DNA from: Camelus ferus
Taxonomy: Eukaryota
Direction: 5' to 3'
Length of the DNA: 64,000 nucleotides
Assembly (NCBI RefSeq): GCF_009834535.1
Contig: NC_045697.1
Location: 58,716,001 to 58,780,000 of the forward strand
Part shown: one piece after another, positions 12,180 through 25,875 of the stretch
Numbering within the stretch: position 1 is the first letter of the stretch
Layout: each line of letters opens with the position of its first letter
Translations under genes and position numbers: made by a program
The notes under the pieces: model-generated
What the model was told of the DNA's origin: nothing
The model's database searches: none
What the model saw: the letters and a program-made list of their open reading frames with translations, nothing else

Positions 12180-12860
12180 GATTTATGGTTTTGACAAAGT
12201 TCATCCTGACATATAAGTGGATAGGATGTAAAAATAAAAATAAGTGACAATTCATTTAAAAGGACTCAAAACTGTAACCAATGAGATAGACACAAGTAAC
12301 AACTGTACCCAGAGAGAATTCTGGGTCAGGTAAGGTTAGACAATGCTTTCTAGTGGCTTTCAGCAAAGCTCTGTCCTTCATACTGATCACTCTAATATTA
12401 ATATTCAATTGGAGGAATCAAAGGAATAAAAGTAAAATCTGCAATTCACACAAAGCTAGAGGCTCTAACAAAAAGGAAGTCAGGATGAACATTTGAAAAA
12501 GTCATTTAAATACCAGGCAAGAATAAAGGGCTGGTAGTAATAAAATGCAAATACAAATTCTAAAATTCTAAAATAACCTTAAAAAGGTGTTTCATTCATG
12601 TACAAAAGTTGTATAGTTACTAGAAGAATTTTAAAAATTCATTTAAATTGAATACAATTGACTGAAATTCAAAGGGAATAAGCCCTCTGATCATGTTGTC
12701 AGAAGACGTAAAACATACAGTGCCCCGGAAAAGGCAACTGAACTACTGTTTCAGTTCTGAGCAACAGATTTTGAGAGCAACATCATCAAGGTGGACTAGT
12801 TCAAAGACTGAAACCAGAAAGGAGCAGGATCTAGAAATCATGAAAAAAGAAGCTGGAGTA
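12180..12860 (+). mobile_element. L3/CR1 LINE remnant (RT-region derived)
   Basis: tctagtgg...ctctgtcctt, cacaaagctagagg and actactgtttcagttctgagcaacagattttgagag...ctagaaatcatg appear in the order of the L3/CR1 consensus. Confidence 0.6.
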
Positions 12861-13719
12861 ATTAGCAGGATGAAATAATTCAGGGTCTGGTATTCCTGTC
12901 ATCCTTTGCACATCCCAGATTCCCTGTAGTAAGTAGGCTCTGTAACCAAGCTGGCTCCAGGATAATTCTAACACAGTCACTAAACTAGTGGCCTTACCCT
13001 TTCATCCAATTTTACAGGTCAACAACTGTCTTTCATTTTTTATCCTTAATCCTCATGTCCAGATTTAAAGTGTTCTTTAATCTCTGCACATTCCTCAAGT
13101 CCAAATAACTCAAGAGCCCCTCTCTTTTAGAATCTTCATCCTATCCCTAAATATGATGATTTTGTTAAAAATATGTTCAAATCTGTATTTTCTAGACTCA
13201 AAAAATAACAAAGAAAATGCCTTCTAAGCTGCCATGAAATTAATATCTTCCTTTAATTACTTCCCTGTACCTTTCTTTAATGTGTTAATTTACACTGTGA
13301 TTCTAGGAGATGAGAGGAAGGAGGGTAGTGATAGTGACAGCCTATTATTTTGTATCTTACAAATTTACCTGATGATAGATGGGAGTCTTCCCTCCATCCA
13401 CCTCCAATATATTATATGGCTAATGTTCCACAGAACATATTTTGAGAAATGCTGCTCTACAGCATTCTACAAGCTAATGTGTTTCTTTTTTTAAAAAACT
13501 TTTTTTCAAGTTTTTGTGACAACAGCTTGTTTCCTAGATTTTGGATTAGCTTTGCTAAACTTTGACATACCTTCTCCATATACATTTCCATCTTGCTCTG
13601 CAAATTTTTGTTCCCTACCTTCTCTTCTTTGGTTAGTTTCCCACTAAATTTTCTAAATTTTTGTTCACAACTTTTCTTCTTTGGTTAGTTTCAGATATTC
13701 ACACGACTCTCAAAATTCC

Positions 13720-14700
13720 ACTTGTACCTCTTTGTAAATGATTCTCAAATGTTTAGTTCCTTCCTAAGTGGCAGCATAGTGGTTTGGTTCAGTGAAATGA
13801 CTCTAAAGGAGTTCAAATCTCAGGTCTACTTATTACCTGTGTGACCTTGGGTTTTAGTAGTATTTGCTCAACAAGTTTTGAGAATTAAATTTGGTTTCAG
13901 GAAAAATGCCTCAGATACTTAACTATTCACTCTTATTTTTTTTTCTGAACCCAAGCTCCTTTTTGATCCCTGGGCTATCATCACTGCTGGGCACTGCAGA
14001 TTTCTTTAGCACCTCAAACTTAATATGTTTAAGACTTAATTCCAATTCCACATCACTGAACTCTCTAAGCCAACATTTCTTCATTTTCCTATTGTAAACA
14101 ATGGTATTACCTCTTGCACAATCACTATGGCTCAAAATTCAGTTCTTGACTTTTTAGCACTTTTACGGATTTGTTAGTTTCTGTCAAGTTTTCTTCACCA
14201 CCTCACCCCAAACTCATTTCTCTCCATTACTATCATTGCATCTTAGTTCAGCTGGAATGACTTAGCAGCTAAACTGTGGGATTCACGTCCTTACCTATTC
14301 TGTCTGGAGTCTAAGGTATTTGAACACAGTTGCCATAGTATTTTCTAAAATACTCTGATGCATTTGTCTTCTTTTAAACTGGTGTTTAAGGAAAGATCTG
14401 TTCTCTTGAGTCAAACTTGCTATTTTATTTTTTACTATTCTCAAATTTAAAATCTCCTTGGGTTCTGTAGTTCGCTTAAATTTCTTTTTTCATATTCCCA
14501 TATTGTGGTACTTAACGTCACTCTGCCTAGCATTAGAGTTTTTAATGCAAGTATTTTTTTCTTCCAATAGACTACGGGTACTCTGAATACAGATACAATG
14601 TCTTATTCACATCTATATCCTCTTCATAATTTTCATAGTGTTTGGGGGAAATGACATAATTATTTATAAATTTATTTAGATACATTTTCATGAACTGACT
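13720..14700 (+). mobile_element. Degraded L2 fragments with a short MIR piece (~13770-13855)
   Basis: gcacctcaaacttaatatgtttaagac (L2) and gagttcaaatctcaggtctacttattacctgtgtgaccttgg (MIR). Confidence 0.55.
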
Positions 14701-15515
14701 CATATAATATACAGCCTCTTTTTCCTTTGTTGGTCATATTCCTATCAAGCAATAGTTTTCTTTTGAGAAATCTACAATACTTTACCTACTCTATACAATA
14801 AGTAGATAGATAAACAGATCGATCCTTGTTATCTGAGCACAGATCTAAACTTTCTTATCAGACTATAATTTCTTAAAAGTATGATTTATCTACAATATTT
14901 TCTTCTAAGTTAGGCAATTTTCAAGTAGTTCCTAAATTTAAAAAAAAAAAAACCTATTTTACTAGAAAATTCAATCCATTCAACATTACTTATTCTTACA
15001 TAATTGCAGATTTCTAGACATTATTATTATGGGTTTAGGAACCATGAGTGTGTGGTTAAGAGATAAGAGCAAAAACAACCAATATACAATGTTAGAAATT
15101 AAAATCCTAATAGGTTTTCTCTGTTCCCTCTCTTAAATGCCTAATTTCATATTCTACTGAGAGTGATTTTCTTTTTTTAAAACTAAAACATGCTTTAAGC
15201 ATTTCAACAAACTTAGTCCAAGTGCAAAACCCTTTTCCTGGCCCACAGGCCTTGTAGCATCTGAACGCCATGTCTTCCTCTCCATCCTCACCTGGTTCTA
15301 TTTTGTTTCCTGCTGTACTCAGTGCTTAGCTTACCAGAGGGCCCAGAGTAGTCAATTAATAAATCATTACTAAAAATTGATTTTAAAAATTAAAATTAAA
15401 TATTAGAATAGGTTAGAAGTAGCATTTCTAAAAAAAGTCTTACATTCTTTTGGAGTACCTCTGATACCTAACTTACTCCTCCCAGTTTTTCCATCATTTA
15501 AAAATGCTCATTACA

Positions 15516-15787
15516 TGAGAGATAAATTAGGAGTTTGGGACTAGGAGACACAAATTATTATATATTAAATAGATAAACAACAAAGTCCTACTGTATAGCA
15601 CAGGGAACTATATTCAATATCTTGTAATAAAGTATAATTGAAAATAATCTGAAAAAAATCTGTAATAAAGTATAATGGAAAATAACAAGAATAAATATGA
15701 AATATATAAATATATATAAATATATATATATAGCATCACTTTGCTGTACACCAGAAACTAGCACAACATTGTAAATCATCAATTTAA
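15516..15787 (+). mobile_element. 5'-truncated cetartiodactyl-type L1 3' end with 16-bp target-site duplication
   Basis: gataaattaggagtttggga...tcctactgtatagcacagggaactatattcaatatcttgtaata...tcactttgctgtacaccagaaact. TSD aaaaatgctcattaca (15500-15515) / aaaaatgcttattaca (15788-15803) at a tt/aaaa site. Confidence 0.9.
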
Positions 15788-17239
15788 AAAAATGCTTATT
15801 ACACTGTATCAGATTTTTTCTCTTAAAATCATGCTTGGAGAACACTGCTTTTCTCCTTCACTCAATTTTTCCATATGTAAAACTGAAGAAATCCTCAGCT
15901 AGTGGCTACATCTCAGGGATGTTGGAAACATTAACAAGGTCATATTTAAAAGTGCTCAAGACTTCTTTGGATGAAAGATGTTACCAAGTATAACATATTA
16001 TTACCATTTCTGATAGGATTACATTCTGAATGGGAAAGTATAAATGGGAGTCCCTAGAGGAAGAAGCACATACTAATGGTTTAAGTGAGATGCTGAAGCC
16101 TCAAGATAAACTAATTTAAGTCAAAGCTCCAGAGTTAAAAAGTAAGTAATTTTAACTGGATTAAATAATGCCACCCATTGTGAAAGAACAGTCTTCCATT
16201 TACATAAGATACAATTTAAAAGTGGATTTTCTGGAAGTCTATGTAATATGCAATTATCTCAGTTTATAAGCAGGGGCTGGAATCAAAGATGTTAATATAC
16301 TGTGACTGGGAATGAAGAATTACACACCAAAATGATTATAATACTAAATGACACATTTCTTTTAAGATAATCTCACACACTATGAAAACTTCTATAGATA
16401 ATTTATTTAATATATAATTAGTGGGGTTTTAAAACTAAGTATTTAAGAATGTCACAAGGACTTGAATGTGTGTAACCTTTTTTTCCACTCTGTAAGGTCA
16501 GCGACCAACTATTTTTTTCACTTTTGGCCTCAGCTTTTCACCCAGTGTCTAGTACATAGCACTGAAGCTCAATAAATGTTTTTTTTTTTAATACATCATC
16601 AAGTTCACATCATTAATACTTTATAATCTCATATAGCCAAATAAGTTTTGATACTAGTGCCTCAAAGGAAGAGTCAGAAACCCAACAGACAAAACTAAGA
16701 TAAGTGATATTCTCCTCTCTGATTCCCAATTCCTAATGGCAGGAAGCCCCTTGAATAGTATTTAGCAATTCTAAATATTATTCCATAACTGAGATATAAT
16801 GGTATAGATCAGGAATGATCTACTGTAGTCCAAAGATCTTTCCTGGGCTTCATGTGGCAGAAATTTCTCTGTGGTTAAGTGATATACATAACAGGCTAAC
16901 TGAAGACTAGTAAGTGAGGTTCCACTGCACTCTCAGGAAGAACTGGTGCAGAAGCTTTGTGGGTTTCCAAAGAGGGCACTGGCTCAAGTTCAAAGACACA
17001 GCAAGTTCCCTAAGCATAAGCACAGTGTGCTATGCTTTATTAGGCCAGCTCCTGGAGAATTCAGAAGTGGACAGAAATACAGTTGATAGTGTTTTCTTGG
17101 AAACACCTCAGTCACTTACACCTCTTGTATAGGACCTCTGATGTGTCACTGAACTTTTGGACTTTCCCACCTGTTTTTATCAATTTTTAAATAATATCAG
17201 ATATGTTTGATTTAAAATATTATGGAGGCTTATTTTTCA

Positions 17240-17625
17240 ATCCACTTCACCATGAGTATTTCTTCTACCTGGAAATCTCTGCTTATTTTTGTTTTTGAAT
17301 ATTTCTTTCTACTTCTATAGAACCTGGGCATGATAATTTTTATTTTACACAGAGTACTATAGTGGTTATTTGTGAATTTGTATTATATCACCTATTTGGT
17401 GATACACTTTTTTAAGGATATTGAATTGAGGTTATCTTTGTATGTAATCTTCAGTTGGTCATTGAATAAATACTACTAAGTGTCTACTATATATTGAGCA
17501 AGGTGATACATAATGGGATATGAACATGGACAAGAAATACATAGTTCCTGACCACATGGAACTTGGGAAATATATCACTTATCATTTAGATAGAAGGCAT
17601 TCAATAAATATTTGTTGAATGTACA
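17240..17625. mobile_element. L2 fragments in both orientations
   Basis: tcattgaataaatactactaagtgtctactat (minus terminus) and aggcattcaataaatatttgttgaatg (plus terminus). Confidence 0.55.
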
Positions 17626-20236
17626 TGAGAAAACTCTTTTTGTGAAAGGTGGGATTTTAAAATACAACATCTGGTGCAACTGTAATTAAAATATAAGTTA
17701 GTTGGATGTCAAATATCTAATTAAATTAATAAATCATCACTTAAATCTATGACAATAGTGATAAAAAAGAAATAAAGTAGATAATTAAAATCACAGTTTA
17801 TCTATTACTTCCTTACAGAAGGAAAATTACCACGAATATTAAGTATCACCTGCAGATAACTCATAAGATTCATAGTCAGTCAAAATCCTGTCCTGGGAAG
17901 CCCTCTCCTTTCTGGAATAGAATACTTCTCCTGATTTGACGGATCAAGTCAGATGTAGATATAGAAATCTACATAAAATAAGTATGAACAAGAAATTCTA
18001 CCCTTAAAAATTTACTACCAGACTCATATGTTTTGTTAGATGTTTCTTTTGTAATAGTTATTTATTATAAAAGCAGGTATTGGTTGTATTTAATAGCTAT
18101 ATGCTATATTGGGGAAAAAACAGCTTAAGTGTCTCTCTTATCCATCTTATTCATTCGTCCATATTGACTCCTTAACATACCACCTATATTTACTGCGTGC
18201 AAGATTCAAATGTCAAATAAATTTTGTAATTTTTTGAGTTAAACTAAAAATACAAACTTGTTGAGTAAATAAAATGTTAATAGCTCAAATTTGGTCAAGT
18301 TTTTCATAAATTAAATTTCTATTTATTTCTTCTTTATACATGTAGTCAGCATATTAAAAAAGCAACTGTAAATTTTTCAATAGGGCAGGCCATAGGTGAC
18401 CGGATTAGAAATAAAGTGGAGAAGACGCACTGTTTTGAAGTCATTATCATCTGCTTGGTTCAGAAGTAAGTTTGTGAATTATATACTATATATTTTTTTT
18501 GCTAAATATTTGAAGAAGCAGAATACTACAGATTTCTATAAGCCAGTTAGAAAATTAACAGCATACTTATAACTTGTAGATGTAACTCAAACTTTAAGCA
18601 TTAGGAGACTCTTAGAAGTTATTAACTACCTTGACAAAGAATTTGAACTTCCTGATGCTCTTCTAAGCAGACTGGAAGTATATCTGTTTCATGTTACTGT
18701 AGACAGTCTCTACCAAGTTTCACAAGATGCTATTTAATACCAAGCTGAAGAAAGCTGACATGACCAGTCCTTTCTTGCCAAATATTGGAAAATTTAATTA
18801 AATAGACATTTGACTTCAAGAAGGCAATGTTGAAAACTAAATAAACTTTATCCTTTTAACCTTATTGACTGACCAAAGTAACACGAAAACATCAATACTT
18901 CATCTGCAGTGAGAACTCATATTGGATGAACTTTGTCTCTGTCAAGGATGTGATTACTAATGCAGGTGGTGGAGCCAGACTTAAAATCAAATTACTCTGA
19001 TGTGACAGCTTAATCTCAGACTTAACATAATCTTTATTCTACCACTTTGAAACTTCTTGGTGATTTAATAATACTCAATTTAAGGGTATAACATTATAAG
19101 CTTTAGGCATGCCAGTTATAATTCTGGCAGGCTAAATCTTTGGTTTGTCTAAAACTCACATAAAATATACAATAAATTTTCATAGGAGTTAAAGTTGTTC
19201 TTTTCCTTCAAAGCTCTGGAAAAGTGCACATGACAGTTTAAAATTAATCTGGTTATTTTATATAAGAAACTAAAAAAAACAGTGGTAATATTGAATTAAA
19301 GCATAATAATAGAAGAACATAAAACAAAAGGATGCTTTTTCTGTTATTATTCCAATTATTGCTTTTCTTTTCACAATAGTGAAGATCATTAAATCTTTCA
19401 AACCTAAGAATGAAAGAAAAAAAAAACAAAACTGTCCTTAACTTTTAAGTATTTTTGTTCATAGATTTTGACATTTTTCCCTGAGCTCTAAATTACTTTC
19501 ACACAGGGAAGCTTTATAAAAAATGAAACTGTACCATAGTTTGGGGATGTGAAGAAATCACTAAGGGGCAAAAGGACTGAAGCATCTTAATTTTCAAGCT
19601 AAGAACTCACATTTTTTCCATGACTAGTCAGGAATCCACTGAAGCTATCCTCTACACATTTGTGGAAGGATTAGGATCACTGAATTCTTCAAAGTAAATT
19701 CAAATTAAATTTAACAAAATAAAATAATAACTGTGATATGAGACTGAATTGGGGAGGGGTTCTTCAAAATTTAATGAAGTATTGACACTCTCAATGTGTG
19801 TATGTATGTGTGAGAGACAGACAGACAAGACTACATGACTAATAGTTAGATAGAAGGCAAACAAAACTCACCCAGTACTTTGTATAGTTTTTCAAATAGA
19901 GTTTGAAGAATAGCAGGGAAAGAAAAGTCGTGCAGAGAAGAGGGAAGGAAAGGAATGCCAAAATGAATTAAAGAAGGAAACTGAGAGGATGGAATTAGAG
20001 AGATATTATGTAAAAGATAGTATTTTCATATAAGTCAAAGAAAGAGCTTAGTAAAGGAAGAGATGGTAAATGGTCACAACCATTGCATCAATATTGAAGA
20101 ATGAGCTCTGACAAAATAAAGTTTGACTCAAATGAAAGTTTCAGATGGTTTTTGATAAAATATTACAAGTAAATTGGTGGAATAAAAAGATGGCAAGGAG
20201 GTAACTACTAAATGCTTAAGGAGTATCATTAAGGTA

Positions 20237-20270
20237 AAAAACAAAAACAAAAACAAAAACAAAATCAAAA
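20237..20270. repeat. (AAAAAC)n simple repeat
   Basis: aaaaacaaaaacaaaaacaaaaacaaaatc. Confidence 0.85.
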
Positions 20271-20759
20271 TTTCCAGCCTTGCTGTCACTACAGAAATTA
20301 GCTCATATGTGTAATAGTCCCTCTGTTCCTGAGTAGCTCAAAGTTACTTTGCTTCTCCTATCATAGGTAGTTTGAGTAAATGAGCTGTGCTAACTGTGAC
20401 AGATGTTATGAGATACTTCCAAAGTTTATTTAATAAAGACTCTCCAAATCAAGTGACTGTACAGATACATAAAACATATGCCTCAAGCATTAGAAAAGGC
20501 TAAGAATTGCCAATGGTATTGGATCAGTATTGGATCAGTCACTTTGATGGAGAAATAAGGGTCACAGGTTCAGTCCCATTCAGCTTGACTCTATAGCTTG
20601 AACCATAAACTCCAGTCAGCAGGCAGGTTCTCTTGTGTCAAGTGGCAAGTGCCTTACTGCTGTTTGAAAAATAAGACAAAACAAATGACTCTTGGTAGAT
20701 CAAATGAGATCATCTTACTGGTAAAGATTTAAACATCATTCACCTTATTACATACGAAG

Positions 20760-21300
20760 CAAAACAAAAATTTCCATCAACAGGGGAATGGCTCAATACA
20801 TTGTCTACATAAACCCATGAACACATAAAGCCCTTCAAAAGAATCAAAGTTATACCAGCTGACTCTGGCAAATTTCGCAAAGTATCATATAATGAGAAAA
20901 GCAAGATGTATATATGATATGATCCTGTTTTTGTAAATACACATACACACACACACCTAGACACACACATAAATCTATATTCATGTAAAGATCTCCAAAG
21001 AACACCTGTGTACAGAAAGAACTGTGAAGTACATACACTAAATTGTATGTTTAATATATGTGTGTGCTTATATATATGTATATATATAAAAATCTCACCC
21101 TTGTAAAACTATGCATGTGTGCATATATGCATAAAGCAATACCTAAAACAATGGTCATTACAAAGTCAGTTGTATTTATCTCCAGTGATAGAAATGCAAG
21201 TAAACTTTACTTTCACTTTTACTTACATTTTTTAATATTTTTATTAGATTATTTATTCTTTATTATGTAACCAGGAAGAAAAAAGATATTTTAGCACAGA
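20760..21300 (+). mobile_element. Ancient L1M (L1MC/L1ME-type) 3' region with embedded (CA)/(TA) repeats
   Basis: tttccatcaacaggggaatggctcaatacattg...aatgagaaaagcaagatg...tatgatcctgtttttgtaaa. Confidence 0.65.
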
Positions 21301-21520
21301 AGAAAAAGACAAGTGGACTGGTTTCAATTTAATCCATCAGTCTGAAATCAGCCATGGACTGCCCATTTTCTCCTAGGTATAATGAGCATTCTGCAATGTT
21401 GATACTTGATAATGAGGTATACTTGGTCAGTAAGAAATAGAGCAATAGAGCTTCACATGTGTTCTATACTGAATTGTGCTCTTTTTAAAATAAAAATCTG
21501 CTCTTTAATTAAAACAAATT

Positions 21521-21979
21521 TGTAGAAGGCTGAATAATGCCCCGCCCTACAAAAAAAAATTTCCATGCCCTAATCCCCAGAACCTGTGAACATTTTACCT
21601 TTCATGGCAAAAGGAACTTTTGCAGATGTGACTAAATTAATGATTTTGAGATAAGACAATCCTGTATCATCCAGGTGGGCCCATTATGGGTCCCTATGAA
21701 AGGGAGGCAAGAGGGTCAAGGTCAGAGGAGAGTCCTGAGGACAGAAGTAGAGGTTGGAGTGATGTGCTCTGAAAATGGAAGAAGGGACCAGGAGCCACTG
21801 AATGCAGGTGGCTTTTAGAAGATTGAAAGGACAAGGAAACAGATTCCAAAAGGAATGGACTCCTACCAATATCCTGATTTTAGACTTCTGACCTCTACAC
21901 TTGTAAGAGAATAAAATTGTGTTATTTTAAGCCACCATGTTGTGGTAATTTGATATAGTAGCAGTAGAAAACCAATGCA
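21521..21979 (+). mobile_element. MaLR solo LTR, MLT1D-like
   Basis: tgtagaaggctgaataatgccc...ccctaatccccagaacctgtgaa...ttttaagccac...aaccaatgca. Imperfect 5-bp TSD aaatt/aaagt. Confidence 0.85.
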
Positions 21980-22289
21980 AAAGTTTAACCATTATTAACA
22001 GCAACAAAACATAGATCAGATTCAGTTCAGAGCAAGAGTTATAAAGTGATCACCCATTCACTAACTGCAGTTTCTCTCCCTCCTTGTTTTAACACAGGTT
22101 CCTAACAATACTTCCTACCTCCCGATGGAAATTCTTTTGAAGCCAAGCTAACTTCAGCTAACTTTAGCATGCACAACCCTAATTTTTAGGCATCAGGCTA
22201 TAGGGCAGTACAATGTCTTGCAAAGAATAGCTGGTTAGCCTTCTCAATTCTCAGACAAGAAGATATTTTTACCAGTCTTTAGCAAAATG

Positions 22290-22510
22290 AACAAAAATCA
22301 CATGAGGCAAAGGGACCTGTATTCAAATCCCCCCTCCCCACTCATCTACTAGGCATGGGAACTTGGACAAACTAAGGGCTTCATTTATATTCTTGTGTTC
22401 CTTATTTTTTAAATGGGAACTATACTACATAAATAAACAAACTGCTAAGAAGATATAATGATATACTATACAAAGTATTTAGCATAGTGTTAGCTCTTGG
22501 TAATTGCTGA
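22290..22510 (+). mobile_element. MIR SINE
   Basis: acctgtattcaaatcc...aacttggacaa...ttttaaatggg...aaagtatttagcatagtg. Confidence 0.6.
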
Positions 22511-23927
22511 GACAACAATATCTACAATGAAGGGAAAAACTCTCGTTTTCTTCTAGCAATTTCTCTTCTTTATATTTTAATTTTGATAAAGAAGAAGAAA
22601 ATCAAATAGAGGCATTATAGTCTATTTTTATTAAACACTCCAAGATATTCTTTCCCACTCATTTCCTGGGCCATAAGGTTCTAAGTCACTCCAGTTTCCA
22701 TTCCAATCAGAGAATTGTCTGCTAAATCTTTAATGAACTATTTGCATCAAATAGTTACCTAGCAACCATCACTAATATAAAATTAGATTTGAGTTTCAGT
22801 AAAAGCCTACAGCCTACTAAAAGGATTCAAAGATAGATGAATACTAGTCCATGTCAGAATTTTAACTCTTAAAAACAACACCCAGATAGAATATCTCAAA
22901 AGCCTACATCAAGAATGCACAGTATCATTTATAGCTTGGTATTCAGAACTTTATGATTTAGTGTTTTCAACAATAAGCTAAACACTCTACCCATATTGTA
23001 TGAAAGACTTATTAAAATAATAATAGCAAACTTTGATCAAGCACTATTTGTGTGCTAGAAACTAATTCTGTGTGTATGAGTTACTTGAATAGAACTTTGA
23101 CATAAGTGCTTGCATTAAAGAAATAAAAAATATTTCAAAAGCATTAGATTCATTTGGATATTTCTGGTAAACAATGAGACTCTTCGACTCTGTTATCAGT
23201 CAGTGAGGGAAAAAAGATCCTGGCTTTCCACTACTTAGGTAAAATAAAATAGCCTTTATAGGTTGGTCCCTATTAGCTCTGAATCTTTAGCACTTTTAGA
23301 ACCAGTGATAAATGGGATTTTTAGTAAAAGTCTCCTACTAGTGTTCAAGCTACTGCCTGAGGATAAAGAGAAGGTATTTTACTGTTTTAAAAATACCGTC
23401 TGATACCCCAAGGAGCAGCAGCTGGTAAGATTCAATCAAGTAACAGAACTCATTGGAAACTCTTGAATTTTGTATTAGAATCAGTTCTAATCAGAAATGT
23501 AGCCCGATCCTGATAAATGACTGAAGGACTGTTGGATCCTAAAGACAAAGGATAGCTTATATTTTTTCACTTTACACTTATTCATTCTTAAAAAGAGCAA
23601 CACATGCCATCTGTTGCAGGGCAGTCATTCATAATTTATGAGATCCAAGCTTGATATCTGAACCCATTTAATATGAGTATTTGTGAGCGCATGCTAAAGT
23701 GGAATGAGGAATTCTTAGAACTTTGTCTCAATAATATTCCCAATAATACTCTTTTACTAGCCCAGCATTTTTCTTGAATGTAAAGCTTGATGAGGCTGGG
23801 TGAATAGCTCATAAGTATTTGGTATGGCCAAAATACTGCCATAAAAACAATTTCTGTCAGACTGAAACACACAAATAGCCAGCTACCAGTTCTCTAGGTT
23901 CTTGAGCAAACAGGATGAATACAGAAG

Positions 23928-23951
23928 AAAAAAAAAAAAAAAAAAAAAAAA
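23928..23951. repeat. poly(A) tract (~24 nt)
   Basis: Run of A visible directly in the sequence. Confidence 0.85.
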
Positions 23952-25659
23952 GGAAGACTTTCAGAGATAAATGCATTTCATTTCCAATAAATTTGAATAT
24001 GACCCCCCTTCTGAGTCTTTCCTGTTATCTTGATAAACTTCACATCAGTGAGTTCTCTAAGAGGTAAAGCGAACAGGGGAGAGAGCAAGTCAAGGAAAAT
24101 CAGAGTAAACGAAACCCAACATTCTGACTTTTGAGAGAAATTCATTCTTCTCTTCTTTCTGTAATTACATCAGTTACTTTTTGTTTGTCTTTTTGTTTAA
24201 CTGCAGACAGTTTTCAGCAGCCATAAAATCTCAGTGTTACTCAGTACTGAACTTACTTCAAGCTGCTTTAAAAACTAAACTGAGAAAACATTTGCCACAG
24301 AAATTTGGATGCATATTTAAAGGCTTCCAAAAGTAATGGTTAGCATGTAGTGAACATAAAAGTAAACTGCACACCCAACCTTCTCTAAAAATGTTCACTT
24401 ACTGGCTTTCTCCAGGCAATTCTGGAATAAATTTATGAGAAAGGCCATGAGGCTTGAAATCTAGCTGTAGGAGCAAAAAATTGCTTTTCCATAATATTGA
24501 GAAAGTTGGGTTTTTTGATATCTCAATATGCCATCATTAATTGTATTAATTATAGGCCACAGTGAAGGCAAACAAAGACAGAATAATCAAGCAGTCACAT
24601 TAGGGCTATTTTGAATTCTGAAAATCTCTGGGAAGAATCTGAATTAAAATGAGGAATTGAATTATAATGCCAAGTTTCAATTAAAGGGAATATATTTGAA
24701 TATTTTATATTTTCGAGAGTATGCTTTAATCACTTCTATCTCTCGGCTGTAGAAAACTATACTGAAATTTAAAGAAACAAAGTAGCATGATGGCAAGACA
24801 ATCCAACTGACAAGAGAGAATGAGTTCTAACTATATAATCTCTATTTCACTTATTTTGAGTCTTATGTTGTTCACCTACAAAAAAGTTAAAAGATGGGTT
24901 TAGATTGCTTTGTAATTGAATTCCACTGTTATTACGTAGAGACAGTATGTGAAAACTCATATAATAAGGGCTGAACCAGTATTTGTGGGATGAACTAAAT
25001 GAACATGCCAGGATCTGCCTGGAGGCAGTTGAGAACATTGGCACCTCCTTATCTCTTGTGATCTGCAGGGAGAAATGGGTCTGAAAGTAAAATAATCTAG
25101 TACTAAAAGCTAACACCAGTGAGGAAAGTATGAAAATAAAAGGCACAATGTCCAAATTCCATAGCAAGCTTGGGTGTGGTTAATGCAACTTCTAGCACTA
25201 GCAGGTAAAGTCCAAAGGCAACGCAGAGCAAGGAATTTAACTGATAAATAACCCACATGAGACCCAGTGAGCTGAGTGTGGATTCAGAACATTTGCTTGA
25301 TGTGTCTTAGTATCACTTGTGGGTTAAAGAGAGCAACCCTATAAGAGAGAACTGGTTCAATAGCTAAATCATATGGCAGATCCCCTTGTAACCAGTTCTG
25401 AGAAGGACTCAAAATCCTGAGGTGATCTGAAATAAAAAAATGAAGAATTAAGACAAAAGTCTTATCTGTGAAGTTATGCCAATAGTTAAGAGCATCAGAG
25501 AAGGCTATAACTCTATGATGCCTGGGGCTCCCCAAATCTTGCGATGAGTTAACAACATTACATATTTCTAAGCCCCAGGGCACAATAGTACTGATTGTCA
25601 AAAAACTTCAAAAATGGATGAGATGCAACAGTCATGACTTGGAATAGCTATGATATACT

Positions 25660-25875
25660 AAAAATTTCTAATATGACTATCACTGTGCAAAGCTTTTTAC
25701 GTATATTTAACGTTAATTTTCACGTCAACTGTGTGAACTGATTATCATCCTTATTTTCAATGTGAAGAGCCTCATTCACAAAGCATTAAAACAACTTTAC
25801 TAGAAAATAGCTATTAACTGGCAAAATCAGAACATAAATTCTAAGACTCTCACTCTTAACCACTATATTATACTC
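25660..25875 (-). mobile_element. MIR SINE
   Basis: attatcatccttattttca...actctcactcttaaccactatattatact. Confidence 0.65.

Noticed and set aside
13600..13620. GGAACAAAAA (minus) as a possible KVEQK micro-exon
   Set aside because: No flanking AG/GT in the right positions, and it does not encode KVEQK.
20515..20540. Short 11-bp tandem duplications (also ~9428-9460, 36223-36244, 60975-61003)
   Set aside because: Ordinary slippage products with only two copies and no array structure.
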